A DNA stretch of 64,000 bases from Squalus acanthias (lineage: Eukaryota): positions 19,160,001-19,224,000 of the forward strand of contig CM059432.1 of assembly GCA_030390025.1 (NCBI GenBank), written 5' to 3'. Shown piece after piece: positions 50,807 to 64,000 of the stretch. Numbering within the stretch: the stretch's first letter is position 1; each line of letters starts with the position of its first letter. A model generated the notes under the pieces. It did no database searches. It was given only the letters and a program-made list of their open reading frames with translations, and was not told the origin of the DNA. The translations under genes and the position numbers were made by a program.

Positions 50807-51499
50807 CCGTAGATGCACAAGGGTATGCACATGGGTGTTTGCCAAAATGTTAGTGTTAAGCTTCAGTTATATTTATGACACACGTAAATTTATTTCTTCG
50901 TCCCACTTTCCCATCTTGTCCATTTTTGCCTGCTACCTGGGAAGTGGCCTTGTCACTTGAAGTGAATGGTGAGACATTATTTAACCTCGAGCAATGGGTG
51001 TGTGTGACAGGAATGGTTTGGTAATTTTCGGACTGCTTTGTGGTGTTAGAGAGTGCAGTGGGGAAGTTGGTACAGCTTCTGGGAGCCAGATGGGTGCACT
51101 GGTGGAAGTTAACTAAATCGTGCCATTATGCGGCCATCCTGGGCCTCCAGGGCAGCAATGTGCATTGCTGCTGGTGCCATGTCCACCTCAGGTTTCTCCT
51201 CCTCCTCGTCCTCTGGTTCCACCTGCTCCTGCTCCTCCTCCTCTTCCTTCAAAGAGACTGTGCGCTCTGCGCCTTGCTCCTCCTGCAGCTCCAAACCTTG
51301 CTACTGTGCTATGTTGTGCAGTGTGCAGCATACGGCGATCATTCTGGAGACTTTGGCTGGTGTGTACTGAAGGGCTCCTCCAGATTTGTCAAGGCAGCTG
51401 AAGTGCATCTTCAGCATGCCGATTGTTCACTCTGTGACACATCTGGTCATCATCTGGCTTTCATTATAGCACTCCTCTGCCTCATTGCTTGGCCTCCTC

Positions 51500-53719
51500 T
51501 GTGAAGGAATAAGCCATATTCAGAAAAATACACCATTCTATGAAAGAATTCTGGCCTTTGTAACATGACAAACTGGGCTTGAAAATCTAAAAACCTAACA
51601 ATGGAGAAGCTGTAAACAGCAAACAGGCTATTGAGATAAGATAAGTTGTTGACACTGAATCAATAGTCTTATTGAAACAGGAGGTTAGAGGCTCCTGAAG
51701 TGTGCAGCATTGGAAAAAAGATAATGGTACACCCTGTTAAGGTGTTCTAAAGTACATTTTGTAAACAGGCACATAAAAGAAGAAGAAACATATGCCTTCG
51801 TCAAAATGACATCAAGTAAAAGAAACACCTGCCGTCAAATCATTTTTATGTTAAACTTAGAACACCTACAGACAGGAGACATGATTCTGTGTTGCAACCA
51901 GCTGAGGTAAATAAGAATTGCATAGATCACCCTAGTTGAGGTGTTTTAAATTATACGTCGTAAAAAGACACAAACAGTAGACCTTGGTAAGAATGACATC
52001 AAATAGATGCACTGCTGTTACACTGTTTTTTATGATAAGCTTCAAACACCTAGGGTAGAGACACAAGTCTGCATTGCTACCAGCTGAACTGACTGTAAAA
52101 ATAGCAGGGGTCAGCAGAAAAATGACTAGAGATAATTAGCTTACATCAGCAGAAAACTTCAAAGGAAATACCAATGCAAAAGGGTTTAAAAATTTAACTT
52201 TCAACTGGGATTATAGATTCGCTGTGAAGGGGCAAAGCGATTCTCAGCTTCAGAGCTAGCTCAGTAAGTCTTCAACTCTTTGGGGGAAAATTCAGTTGGT
52301 TGCGCCTCCCGTTAGCGCCTTAAGAGGGCGCTAATGGGGCACAAAGCAACTAGCGCCCGGGTGCGGTGATGTTTGCGCCGCTTGCGCAATTAACTAGACA
52401 TTTTGCGGTGGCGCTAAACACTACTGCCACGATCTCCTACGCCGGCAGATCGTGACGTCAGTCGAGTGCGCAATGCCCCGGTAGCGCCCCGGAGCAGATA
52501 TTGAGTGGCGCCCCCTGCCTTACCACCTGCTGCTAGCAATGACAGGTTGAGGGGAGCGTTTTGCAGTCAGGAACGGACTGGGGGAGCGCTATTTAAAGGC
52601 GTCCGCTTTCTGCCAATTTTTGTTGGTGACATTTTTGAACCACGCATTCTGAGAGAGAGCGAGAGAGACTTCTGGAGAGATTCAATGCTGTGTGAAGGAG
52701 TTTTGGGTACTGAGCAGCATTTTGCAGGTTCATTTTGATTTGCCCTTCCTTGTATCGATTTAGAAGAGACTTTGGGGGTTGCACTCTGAGCTCTTTCCCT
52801 GGTACTCTCCATTGTTCTTTCCAGCAGATTTGATGTACAGGTCTCTCCAGGCCGAGATTCAAGGCTGCAATGAGCAGGATGTGGATGGAAAGCAAGATCA
52901 ACCCTCCCCTTTAAGAACTGGCCGGCGCCATTTTGTCTGTGTTCCATTGCTGACTGACATCACATGAGCTTCGCCAGCGCTCTGAGGTAGCGCCTCGCTC
53001 CTCGGCCTTTGCGCCTTAAGACAGATGTGTAGTGCCTGAGTTAGTGCTCCAATCACCTCCAGGGGCGATAAAAGTCAAGTTAGCAGTCGGAGGCGATAAT
53101 TAGCACCAGGCGCTAATCTTTGCGCCCGACCGATAATTGCGCCCCAAATGGGGCGATACTGAATTTCTCCCCCTTTGTATCTCGGGGATCAAGGTATTGT
53201 ATTTAATTTTGGTGGATATCTGGAATAAAGACTAAGAACTGTAAAAATATAACGAAGTTAAGATTTGAGAATAAGGATCTCTGATAATAGAATTGTAAGA
53301 TTTCTGTTTTTGGAACTGTTAATGTTGCGAATGAATCACCAACTGTAAATTACATGTCGGTTCTTTAATAAATCTTTATATTTTTAGAATTGTCTCACAT
53401 AATACTTCTGTATCAAACTCATGAACTCAATCTCTGTACACTCTTTGGTGTGGAGATGCAGAATTCTGGGGGAGTTTTCCGGACCCTCATAATATCCGGA
53501 ACATTACAGTCTAGCTAAACTTATTAAAAGTGCTATCTGGAGGATGGTAACATCTTCGGGTTATTCCTTTCCTTTAGGGAGAGATAGTCTGGACCTTTAG
53601 ACCCAATTAAGCGTCTTTAGGACTCGGCTACCTCAAACTTTAGTTGAAAGTGAACATCTGGGGAATACGCCTGATCCGGGGTAGCCCTAAAGGGGCTAGG
53701 ACTAGTAATTATCCCTTCA
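51500..53719 (+). mobile_element. Solo LTR containing a nested MITE
   Basis: TG...CA; TSD CCTC/CCGC; removal restores the transposase frame; AATAAA at 53367; homolog at 56295-57741. Confidence 0.85.
52282..53173. mobile_element. Harbinger-type MITE (same family as 3188-3990, inverted)
   Basis: TIR GGGGGAAAATTCAGT / ACTGAATTTCTCCCCC; TTT TSD. Confidence 0.88.
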
Positions 53720-56294
53720 CCGCAAGAGTGTCATCAGCCACGTCTTCAGTGGATAGCCCTTGCCTCCAAGCAGCCAGGCAGTAAGTCTGTTCGGAGGTGC
53801 AAAGAGCTGAGGGAGGGTGGACTGGCGCAGGACAAAAGAGTCATGACAGCTCCCTGAGAATCGGGCACACACATGCATGATGATCTTTTTGTGGTTGCAG
53901 ACAAGCTGCACATTGAGGGAGTGGAAACCCTTACGGTTCACAAACACTCCTGGGTGATCTGGGGGGGGGGGGGTGCCTTGATGGGCACATGTGTGCAGTC
54001 GATGATGCCCTGCAACTGTGGAAAGCCAGCCAGAGCTGAAAAGCTGAGCACCCACTCAGTAACACCGGCTTCATCAGTGGCAAAGTGTACATAAGTGACT
54101 GACTTGTCAAACATGGCATCAGTCACCTGGGTGATGCATTTGTGGGCGGCCGACTGCGAGATCCTGCAAATGTCTGCTGCAGATCCCTGGAAGGAGCCTG
54201 AGGCAAAGAAGTTGAGGGTGGTGGTGGCTTTGACAGGCACTGGTAAGGCGTGTCCACCAGGTCCTCTGGGCAGCAGGTCTTCTTCCAGCAAGCTACAAAT
54301 GTCTGCGATGACCTGGCGTGATAGTCTGAGCCTCCTGAAGTACTGCTGTTCAGTCATGTCCAGGAAGCTCATCCTCTGCCTGTATAGCCTGTGTTGGGGG
54401 TATCGCCTCCGGCGTGGTGCACCCCTGTGCTGATCCCCTCCTGTGGAGCATCAGGTCGGTGAGGAGAAGGCTGCTGGTGTTGTTGCTGCTGTTAGCTGGT
54501 GTGGCTGGTGTTGTTGGTGCTGGGGCTCATCTTGGTCCGAATCTGAGGTCCAAGGTGAGACAGCATAAGTGGCAGCCATACTGATCTGATAGATGGCAGG
54601 TAAAGTGGAGATCAGAGGCACAATCCTCCAATGTAGTGAGATTGACTTATAATGTGGTGAGAGTGGCTTCCAAGGTTGCAGAAATCACCTGCAAACTCCT
54701 GAAAGCAAAATCCCAGCACAAAATGGTGTCAGCAAGAGTCTTTCCCTTAGTCAGGGAAGCAGGTGTAAGGTGTGTGTATTTATGTGTTTTTTTCAGCTGT
54801 CACTTAATGAACTAGCACAATGGCCATGGTGCTCCCACATCCCCTTCACAGGCGAGCTTCACGAAGTCTGTGAATCCTGTGCACAAGAAAGATGAAACCT
54901 CAGATTAAAAAGCCTCTTAAGGGTCTCTCAACGAGCTGTTAAGCACTTCAATAAGGTCGCCCGCCTCTCTCATGTGGGTCCATGGCGTGCTTCGAAACGT
55001 GCTCCAGTTAAATGCGGAAGTCGGCGGGATGAAGGCGGGTTCCCGACGCGCTGTCAATTTCAGCGCTTTTGACTGCCGATCCACTCCCAAACCCACACAC
55101 TCTGCAAGGAGAAAATTCCGGCCAGGATGTCTATTGTATTCCCCTTTCTGTTACTTCTTCAATGACCTCTTTGGGATTTCTGCCGATCTTCCACCACTGT
55201 TACAGCGAACGATCGGAAGGACCCCCGTGGAAATTCTACGCTGTTATGCTTTTCAAGTGTGCAGTCACTAGGTCTCACGATTGTTTCAAGGACTCTCACA
55301 ATAGCAGCGGTTAAACTGACTGGTTTATAACTTCTAGACGTGTATCTTGATCCTGTTTTAAATAATGGAGCTACTTTGACCATTTTCAACTGTTTGCAAA
55401 TCGCTCGCAAATTTAGCAATGCTCAGCAATGACAATCAAAGCTTCGCTGATTACAGTCTCCATCTCCTGGACTTGATTTGCAAATGGTAGGAACCAGAAT
55501 CTTGGCCCATTTTAAGAGCATTATATGTGCAAATTACATGGTATACTGACATTTTAGGCTAGTTACATTACCAGGAGTTCCAGTTTGATATTCTGTGTGG
55601 TTAAGATAATGTCACGCTGCGCAGTGAGAACATTCAAATGCCATTCAGATATATCAAAGCTAAACCACCAACATTGGTGGAGGTAGAGTACTTTTGTAAG
55701 TTGAAAAAATAGTTGGTTTCTTCACAATGGGGCAAGGTTTTATAGCTCAAGCTTGCTGAAAATATTGTGAACTTTATGATGATATTTCCCTTATATTTAC
55801 TGAGTGACCCGCTAACTTCTTTATATTGATTGTAGCAGCTCAGCTAAAACTCAGCGGTGGCATTTTAATGTGAATGCAATGCATTGATTGGTTTCCATTA
55901 CTCCTTGATATTGAAAAATATGGTCTCGCTATGCAAAATACAAAACATGATACAAAGGTTCTGACTTAAACCTTCAGGTGCAACAACGTGCCAGAGTGTC
56001 AAATTAGCTCTGGCAGGATGCACTGAAACACTGAATTTTGTTGCTGAAATTTCATCAGCGTAAATTAGGAATTTTCAAAGATCTGGCTGGCATTTTGCTA
56101 GTTGCCAATGGTGGATCAAATCACAAGATACATATAGATGAGGAAGGCCAGTAAGCCCATCTTACATCTTCCATCCGGAACAACCCTACATTGCTGTATC
56201 TAATTGTTTCCCGCTGGGCGGGTTAGGGTAAGATGTTCCACTTAGAGTCTTACTACAGTGTATTATAATGATGTATGATGTGAAGAGTTGACCT

Positions 56295-57741
56295 TGAAGG
56301 GATAATTACAAGTCCTAGCTCTTTCGGACTACCCCAGATCAGGCGTATTCCCCAGACGTTCACCTTCAACTAAAGTTAGCAGTAGCCGAATCCTAGAGAC
56401 ACTTAATTGGGTCTAAAGGTTCAGACTATCTCTCCCTAAAGGAAAGAAACGGCCTGAAGATGTTACCGTCCTCCGGATAGCACTTTTAACAAGTTTAACT
56501 AGACTGTAACCTTCCGGTTATTATGAGGGTCCGGAAAACCCCCAGAATTCTGCAACTCCTTACAAAAGAGTGTACAGAAATTGAGTTCATGAGATTGATA
56601 CAGAAATACTCTTTGAGACAATTTTAAAAATATATAGATTCATTAAAGAACCGACATCTAGTTAACAGCTGGTATGGCAATCGCAACTTTAACCGTTCAA
56701 AATACAAATAGTTTACATTTCTTATCAGAGATCCTTATTCTCAAATCTTAACTTCGTTACATTTCCACACTTCTACTTATTTCTTAATCCAGAATATCCA
56801 CCAAAATCAAATACCTTGATTACCTGAGACCCAGAGTTAAAAGCTTACAGAGCGTGCCTGTGAAGTTGAGAAACGCTTGCCCTTCCAGCGACTTCTGACT
56901 CTCTATCTGAAAAGCTCTATTTTTATACCTTTTTTTAGTGGTATTTTCTTTGAAGTTTCCTGCTGATGTAAGCTAATTATCTCTAGTGATTCTTTATTGA
57001 ATTCTTTTCTATTCTTACTGTCATTTCAGCTGCCAACTTTTAGAATTCTGTCTCTACCTTTAGGTGTTTCAAAAACTATCATAAAATGGTTATTACAGAT
57101 TTATCTTTTGATGCTATTCTTAGGAAGTCTTTCTATTGAATTCTTAATATCACTTAACTGCTTGTAAGCCAGATGTCATGACTCCGTGGTGTTCCAAGTT
57201 CAATACAAACACAATGTAATTGCTTGGTGTCATCTATTGATATTATATCTTCAAAGCCTCTCTGTAGGTATCTTTTACAATATGTAAATCAAAACCACTT
57301 CTCTTAGGGTGTTTACTTGTTTTCTTGCTATCTCAATTGGTTGCATATTTAATCGTGTTTCCTGTCTTATTTGATGTTACTTTATGAAGGCATATGGTTG
57401 TTTAATGTTCTAACTTTCTGTTTCCCTGAGTGTTAGCTTATAACACTTTACTTGGGTCATTCCATTGTGTTTCTCCCAAACTCCAGACCTTCTGGAAGCG
57501 CCAATGGTTTGCTTCAATAGGGGCATTGTTTTTGTGTTTACAACCATCTCCCATTTCAAAGCTTGTGGTGTTTTACAGCTTTTGTGTTAACACTTCACCT
57601 TATCTCAGAAGCCTGTATTGTGTTTGCAACCTGTGTCGCCAAGGCTTTCCAGACTTTTAAACTCAGTATGTCTTGTATTAATAATATCAAAATCTGTTCA
57701 TAGGATGATGTATTTCTTGGAATATGGCTTATTCCATTACA
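56295..57741 (-). mobile_element. Solo LTR (1447 bp), same family as 51500-53719
   Basis: TG...CA; perfect 4-bp TSD ACCT at 56291-56294 and 57742-57745; TATAAAAA on minus strand ~56920-56927. Confidence 0.88.
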
Positions 57742-57856
57742 ACCTATTGTAGGTGAGTTGTAGTTCCTGATTTTGCTCTGCAACTTAGAGAGTGGGGTCC
57801 TGAATTTCCTTGATATCATAAGCACCATTTTGTGTCTGTGCTGGGAAAGTTGAGAA

Positions 57857-58288
57857 GTCAGAAAGCTGTGGGTTCATAGTCCCACTCCAGGGAATTCAGC
57901 ACATAAATCTAGGCTGACACTCCAGTGCAGTGCTGAGGGAGCGCAGCACTGTCGGAGGTGCATTCTTTCAGATGAGACATTAAACCGAGGCCCCATCTGC
58001 TCTCTCAGGTGGATGTAAAAGATCCCATAGCACTATTTCGAAGAAGAGAGGGGAGTTATCCCTGGTGTCCTAGCCAATATTTATCCCTCAATCAACATCA
58101 CTAAAACAGATTATCTGGTCATTATCACATTGCTGTTTGTGGGAGCTTGCTGTGTGCAAATTGGCTGCTGCATTTCCTGCATTACAACAGTGACTACACT
58201 TCAAAAAAGTACTTCATTGGCTGTAAAGCACTTTGAGATGCCCAGTGGTCACGAAAGGTGCTACATAAATGCAAGTCTTTCTTTCTTT
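57857..58288 (+). mobile_element. tRNA-derived SINE with L2-like tail (SacSINE1/DeuSINE-like)
   Basis: B-box-like GGTTCATAGTCCC, conserved core, tail GGTGCTACATAAATGCAAGTCTTTCTTTC. Confidence 0.75.
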
Positions 58289-59557
58289 GCCCAAAAGGCA
58301 GTGCATACGTTTCTCCCTTGTAGTTCTTACTCGGTCTTCTCAACTTTCCCAGCACAGACACAACAGCCCAAATGGCCTCCTTCTGTGCTGTAAATTTCTA
58401 TGATTCTATGATAATCATCATATAACTCTTGACAGAAGCTCTTTCCAAAGGTCTGTTCTTGGGTGCATAAGGTGATTATAAACCCTTAAAACTAAAACAT
58501 ACTTTGCAATAATTCAATCAATTATAATAGCCCAGCAGAATACAGCAATTTAATCCCGGAGATTGGAGTGAACCTCAGATTAATCAATCACCTTAAAACA
58601 TTTATTCATTTAATGTCGGGTAGCATTAACAGAAATGTTAAGAACCAATAATTGCAATGGTGGAAGCGCATTTGCTCATTTATTTTTCAAAGGAAAAATT
58701 CAAAGAATAACAACAGCAAGCATTAATGAGTTAATTTGATTTCACAGGGCAATAAGCTCTAGAAACCAGTCTTAACAGCCTTCATTTGTTTAATTTCATG
58801 CAATAGTATGGACCTGGGGGAAAGTTCAGATTAGAAATATTAATAACGCATTTCATTTACTGGTTGAATTAGCTTGGTGAAGACGGGTAGTAAATTCTGA
58901 AGAATAAACTGGAAATGTGGGAAATCCTTACAAATACAGTTTGATTAAGGCACAGATATTTTCATTATCACATGTCTGTGAAGCAGCAGCATATCATAAA
59001 GAAGAGAGAAAATATACAGTTTTATTAAATAATCACATAAAACTGCATTCTAACAGTAATCAGAGAGTCGAAAACTCTGTGTTCAGTGGGTCTCTGGTCT
59101 GCCAGTTTTAATAAGTCCCAGCAGTTTAACATTCAGCTTGCAACTTACTACATTGTAAATTGCTGATACTTGCACAGTGCAAAAAGCAGCACCTGGCCTT
59201 CTGGTGAGCCATAATGATCTTGGCAATGAGGCTGAGACTGCACAAGCCAGAGCCATGACATAAAGACAAGCCTCCACCATGAGCTGCAGCCCTGCTCCCC
59301 AACCACTGGAAACCTCCTGCAACACGTGTTGGGAAGCTCACAATGATCCCACCTCAAACAAGGCCATCATCGTCAGATGATGAGTCCGGCTGGGATTGAA
59401 GATTACGATTCAAACCGGGGTGGGGGGTGGGGGGGGGATAATTTTCTCAAAATTACCATTGGGGAGCAGTTGCATCCGGACTCCTCCAAAATCAATACTT
59501 GTGTGATTTATTTAAACTGAGCATATGAGGGCGACCGCCAGACATAATGAAACCTGG

Positions 59558-59960
59558 TTCGCTAGAGTTTCGAAGAATGAGAGGGGATCTCATTGAACCT
59601 TATAAAATTCTAACAGGACTAGACAGACTAGATGCAGGAAGGATGTTCCCGATGGCGGGGGAGTCCAGAACCAGAGGCCACAGTCTAAGGATAAGGGGTA
59701 AGCCATTTAGGACTGAGATGAGGAGCAATTTCTTCACCCAGAGAGTGGTGAACCTGTGGAATTCTCTACCACACAAGACAGTTGAGGCCAATTCATTAAA
59801 TATATTCAAGAAGGAGTTAGATATATTTCTTAAGGCTAAAGGGATCAAGGGATATGGGGAGAAAGCAGGGACAGGGTACTGAATTTGGATGATCAGCCAT
59901 GATCTCATTAAATGGCGGAGCAGGCTCGAGGGGCCGAATGGCCTACTCCTGCTCTATCAT
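59558..59960 (+). mobile_element. CR1 3' fragment, same subfamily as 228-650
   Basis: ORF 59547-59882 nearly identical to 316-555. Confidence 0.92.
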
Positions 59961-60132
59961 CTTCTGTGCTTCTGGTAAACTGAAGTGGTCAGGGCCCGAA
60001 ATGGTCTGAATTGGGAAAAAAATGTTGCAACTCAGAATTTCGAATTAAATGATCACATTTGGGAATGGCAGCATAGTGGTAATGTTACTGGACTAGTAAT
60101 CCAGAGGCCTGGACTAATGATCCAGAGACATG

Positions 60133-63100
60133 GGGCTCAATTTTAATAGCCCTGAGGAGGCGGGTTTGGAGGCGGGTCTGTTGGGAAAATCGGGAAAAAT
60201 GGCTTCAGACACCCAACTCGCCTCCATCCCACCCCCACCCGATTTCCGTGAGTGTCTGTTTAGCCGCTCCCAAACTGACCCATCTCCAACCGGTGGGACA
60301 GATAGTTAAGGCGGTTAACAACCTGTTAACTGCCTTGCTAATCCTATTTTCATAGTGGTTTCCCATTTTCGTGCTTCTGGCTCCTGTTTCCCGACTTGTC
60401 AGAAACAGACCAGGTTCAAGGAGGCGAGTTGCTGGAGGACATGATTTGTATGCATTGGTGGAACGCTTTAAAAGCGCCCCTGAAACATGGTTGACATTCA
60501 AATGCAGCAACTTTGCTGTTGTAGGTAAGGGATAACATTTTGCTCATCTACTGACCTTCTGACTGTTCATGCTGACACCCATCTGCAGTGTGTCATGAAT
60601 GGAAATATTTCAGGCCACTCCGACTGTGCGCTTGCAAGATTGTTACCTCAAATGAAATCTATAACAAGGGGATGGGAAACATTTATGCCCTCTCATCCTG
60701 GTCCTCATAATTGGGGGAGTAGCAGCTGTGTGGCTCAGCACAGATCTTCCTGGGAAGAGGAGTAGGAGGAGGATGAGGGGAGCCTTGCATGCCCTGTTGT
60801 GACCAATGCAGCATCCCTCCAGTTCACTGCTGCCCGTCAACCAGGGTATGCACACTGCCATGCCACATTACCATAAGCTTACTCTTCAACCATAGGTGGT
60901 CACCATATGGCTCTGTAATTGCAGGCGACACTTGTCCAACATCATACTTCATCTCTGCTATACCCTCTTATTTCCTATCACTTTTACCATCAGCATTATA
61001 AATGCAAGTCGCCCTGAGCCCTCAATGCGCTTTTGCCACTTCCCATAACACATAGGACACACAATCAACTGTTTGACATAATTTATCTTTAACACATGAC
61101 AAAAGGATAATATACCATCAAGAGTCAGAAAAAAAAGATACATCACCCAAGTGAGTCCCCTTGTGACTATAGGTGCTTAATCTTTCTCTTACGCGTGCTT
61201 CTACGTGGTGCTTCCCCTGTGGCTTCAGCAGAGGTAGAGGCACCTTGCTGACTAGGATGCTGCACCTGCTTAGACACCTTTGGTGGGTGTCCTCTGGGTT
61301 TGGGAGCCTGGGAGGGCGCTTCAACAGTTTGCTCTTCCTGTGGCTGTGCAGGGACTGAAACGGCCATCTCAGTTGTCTCTGCAAAGTCTCTGACCGAGGG
61401 CTCTGCAGTGGCATGGTCATGTGAGCGCTTTGAGAGGAGCCCACACTTCCTTCTGTCCTGCCAACAACATCCCTCTCATGGGTCAGCCGCACCTCAGTGC
61501 TGGCAAGTGGCTGGAGAGCACCTTGCTGCACTTCAGGGGGCCCATGAGGACCCGTATCTGCACTGGCAGTCCTCGTCACAAGGACGTCCATGAAGCTCTG
61601 GTCTCTCTGCTCAATAGCTGCCCATCACTCCTCCAGAGATGTCATTCTATTCTGAACAGTCACCATGTTTTCCTGACTCTGGCGACGTATTTCCTGCATG
61701 GCCGTAGCCATCCTTTCCACTGAGGTAGCCATCCTTTCCACGGAGGTTGCCATCCTATCCATGGTGGTGCGTTCATGCGCCATTGCCTCCACCATGGCAG
61801 TGCTGATGATAGAGATGGACTCCTCCATTCTCTCCATACTCGCACTAACCCTGGAGGCAAACCCTTCCAGAGACACCTGCACTTGTTCCTGTATTTCACA
61901 AACCGCTCTTTTTCTGGTAGGCTCCAGAGGCACAGCGTTTGCATGCAGCTCAGCAGAGCTAGGAGATTGCTGCGATCTCCACCGAGGACTCTCCACTGCT
62001 GTCGCTGTCTCCACCATCTGCTGATGCTCACTTGTGCACTGTGATAGACTATGTGGCAACACTACGCTAGCTCGCGAGGGCCCCACCGAGGTGTGCGTTG
62101 CTGCACTGGTGCTGGGTGCACTGAGTCCTGGTGACGCTGCTCCATCAGAGGTTTCAGATTCCTCTGAGGAGATGTCCGGGTCTTCGTCCTGGATCGTGGG
62201 GAGGGGGGTGCTCAATGGTCCTGTGGGAGAGTAAAGGCTTGAAGTCGACATCTGATATTGATGTAGCAGACACATCCTTTTGAGCAGATGATACAAAGCG
62301 ATTCTCTATGAACATCATATTCCATTGCTTTCTGAGAGGGATGAAATTCTATTATGTCACCAGCTTCCTCTAGTGTGCCCGTCTCTCTGTCGCCCACTTC
62401 CAGATCCTCGCCACCCCCAACAATCTTGTTTGATGCCTCCTCAGCACTGGTCAATGTTGCAACGGTAGGTGTTCCTCCTCCAGTCATTGCTCTCTCCCTC
62501 TTATTGTGGGCTATCTTTTCCTGCAAGGAGGGACACAAGCAGTGTTTCAGTCACAATGATGGAGTGAGTGTAATTAATCCCTACCATCGAAGCTTTGAGT
62601 GAGACGAAGATGGGGTAAGGTCCCAAGAGGAAGCTCCCTGTGCGTTGTTAGTTGTTGTCACTGCATGACAGTGAGAGCGAGTCTAAGGGGTGCATAGGCA
62701 GGATGCTGGAGTGATTCAGTGCAGAGACAGAGATGGATAGGAAAGGGTGCAAGGGAAGTAAGAGTAAGGTGGGATGTGAAGGAGAGGCTTCCAACGCAGA
62801 GTGCTGGTGATGAGAAGAGAAGGGAAGCAGAGTGAAGGCAAGTGAGATGGGATACTCACTTTTGATGTTCTCACAAGATCATTAAGCCTTTTGCGGCACT
62901 GGATCCATGACCATGCATATATGGACCTAGTGCTCACCTCCTGAGCAATGCACAGTCAGGCTGCCTTGGTCTGCTGAGGAGGCTTCCTCCAGCCGTCCGG
63001 AGGGAAGAGAATCTCCCTGCACCCTCTGACAGCATCCACAAGAACTTGAAGGGACTCATCATTAAAACGAGGAGCTGCCTTGCCTCTGGAAGAAGTCATA

Positions 63101-63359
63101 GCTTTGAAAAGAAGTGCAGGAAACCACAATAGAAAGGCTCAGACTGGACGGCAGCTTTAAAAGCAGCTGCTATTATGACGTCATCAGAGGTGGCCAGCCG
63201 ACCCGATCCCACTCATTGGACGAGCCAACGCACCCCCATGAAATTAACAAGGTACTTGAAAAAATCGCAACTCTGCAGCTGTTCCCGCCGGAAGCGGCTC
63301 CCGAACCCGCCCACCACGCAACCCGACTCCAACCCGCCTCGGGAATTAAAATCGAGCCC
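60133..63359 (-). mobile_element. Non-autonomous Harbinger element (3227 bp) carrying a Myb/SANT gene
   Basis: TIR GGGCTCAATTTTAAT / ATTAAAATCGAGCCC; ATG TSD at 60130-60132 and 63360-63362. Confidence 0.92.
61167..63099 (-). pseudogene. Three-exon Myb/SANT-like DNA-binding gene (exons 63099-62860, 62520-62361, 62220-61167)
   Basis: GT/AG sites with consistent phases 0 and 1; APRFNDESL...WIQCRKRLNDL; premature stops and a frameshift. Confidence 0.85.
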
Positions 63360-64000
63360 ATGAATTCAAATCCCACCACGGCAGCTGGGGAATTTAAATT
63401 CAGTTAATTAAATAAACCTAGAATATAAAGCTAGTATCAGTAATGGTGCCCACTGAAACTATCGGATTGTCGTAAAAGCCCATCTGGTTCACTAATGTCC
63501 TTTAGAGAAGGAAATCTGCCGTCCTTACCTGGTCTGGCCGATATGTGACTCCAGACCCACAGCAGTGTGGTTGACTCTTAACTGCCCTCTGAAATGGCCT
63601 AGCAAGCCACTCATTTGTATAAGGTGGCTCACCATCATGTTCTCAAGGGCAATAAATGCTGGCCTTTCCAACAACACCCACATCCCATGAACTAAAAATA
63701 AAAATGACTTAATATACACATATATAAAATAATTGGCTTCTACTGACTTAACAGGAGTCAAAGTTTTCAACGCTAACCACTTAAGTTAGCTAAACTTATA
63801 TTTTGAAATGGTAACAGACTTTTCTACAGGAATTATTTTTTCAGTACTATACAATGTCATATTAACAGTGAATAATAAATTTAAACCATTAATTTATAGG
63901 GATTTTTCTGGCAGAAATAAGTGAAAACCTCTTTGCTATAAGACTACTGGATCTTGACTTTCTATCCTTTTTAATTCATAGGAACATCACAATGTAAAGG

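Larger units (their letters stand above)
51109..54440 (-). pseudogene. Harbinger (HARBI1-like DDE) transposase split by a solo LTR; pieces 53720-54440 and 51109-51499
   Basis: [40 protein letters not shown]; resumes LRRPSNEAEECYNES...CCTLHNIA with acidic tail; frameshift at poly-G ~53961. Confidence 0.9.
50257..55123. mobile_element. Internally deleted Harbinger transposon: Myb-gene 3' exon (+) converging on transposase (-)
   Basis: Ends GGCCCTGATATTT / GAAAATTCCGGCC (no clean TSD); both Harbinger gene types present. Confidence 0.7.
60062..63705 (+). mobile_element. HE1 SINE (60062-60132 and 63360-63705) split by a Harbinger element
   Basis: Head and body are contiguous after removing 60133-63359. 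Confidence 0.85.

Noticed and set aside
55605..55690. Possible plus-strand exon DNVTLRSENIQMPFRYIKAKPPTLVE
   Set aside because: Weak acceptor and donor, no recognised homology
59083..59357. Three overlapping minus-strand ORFs
   Set aside because: No recognisable domain; probably a decayed element

Overview
Repeat-dense vertebrate genomic DNA, almost certainly from a shark or other cartilaginous fish (HE1-type SINEs, HER1/CR1 LINEs). No host protein-coding gene could be confidently identified; the window looks intronic or intergenic. It is a layered set of mobile elements: many CR1-clade LINE fragments (one with an uninterrupted 566-aa RT ORF, one retaining an ORF1 esterase remnant plus APE and RT), RTE and L2 LINEs, tRNA-derived SINEs, three solo LTRs with 4-bp TSDs, PIF/Harbinger elements (transposase and spliced Myb/SANT genes) and their MITEs. 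The most notable signal is eight short Penelope-like insertions from two sequence families. They carry minimal type-I hammerhead ribozyme motifs (five intact cores) with covarying stems, three are fold-back palindromes, and several break at or next to the ribozyme. Multi-level nested insertions can be resolved to the base by their TSDs. Family names come from my recognition of motifs, not from database searches.
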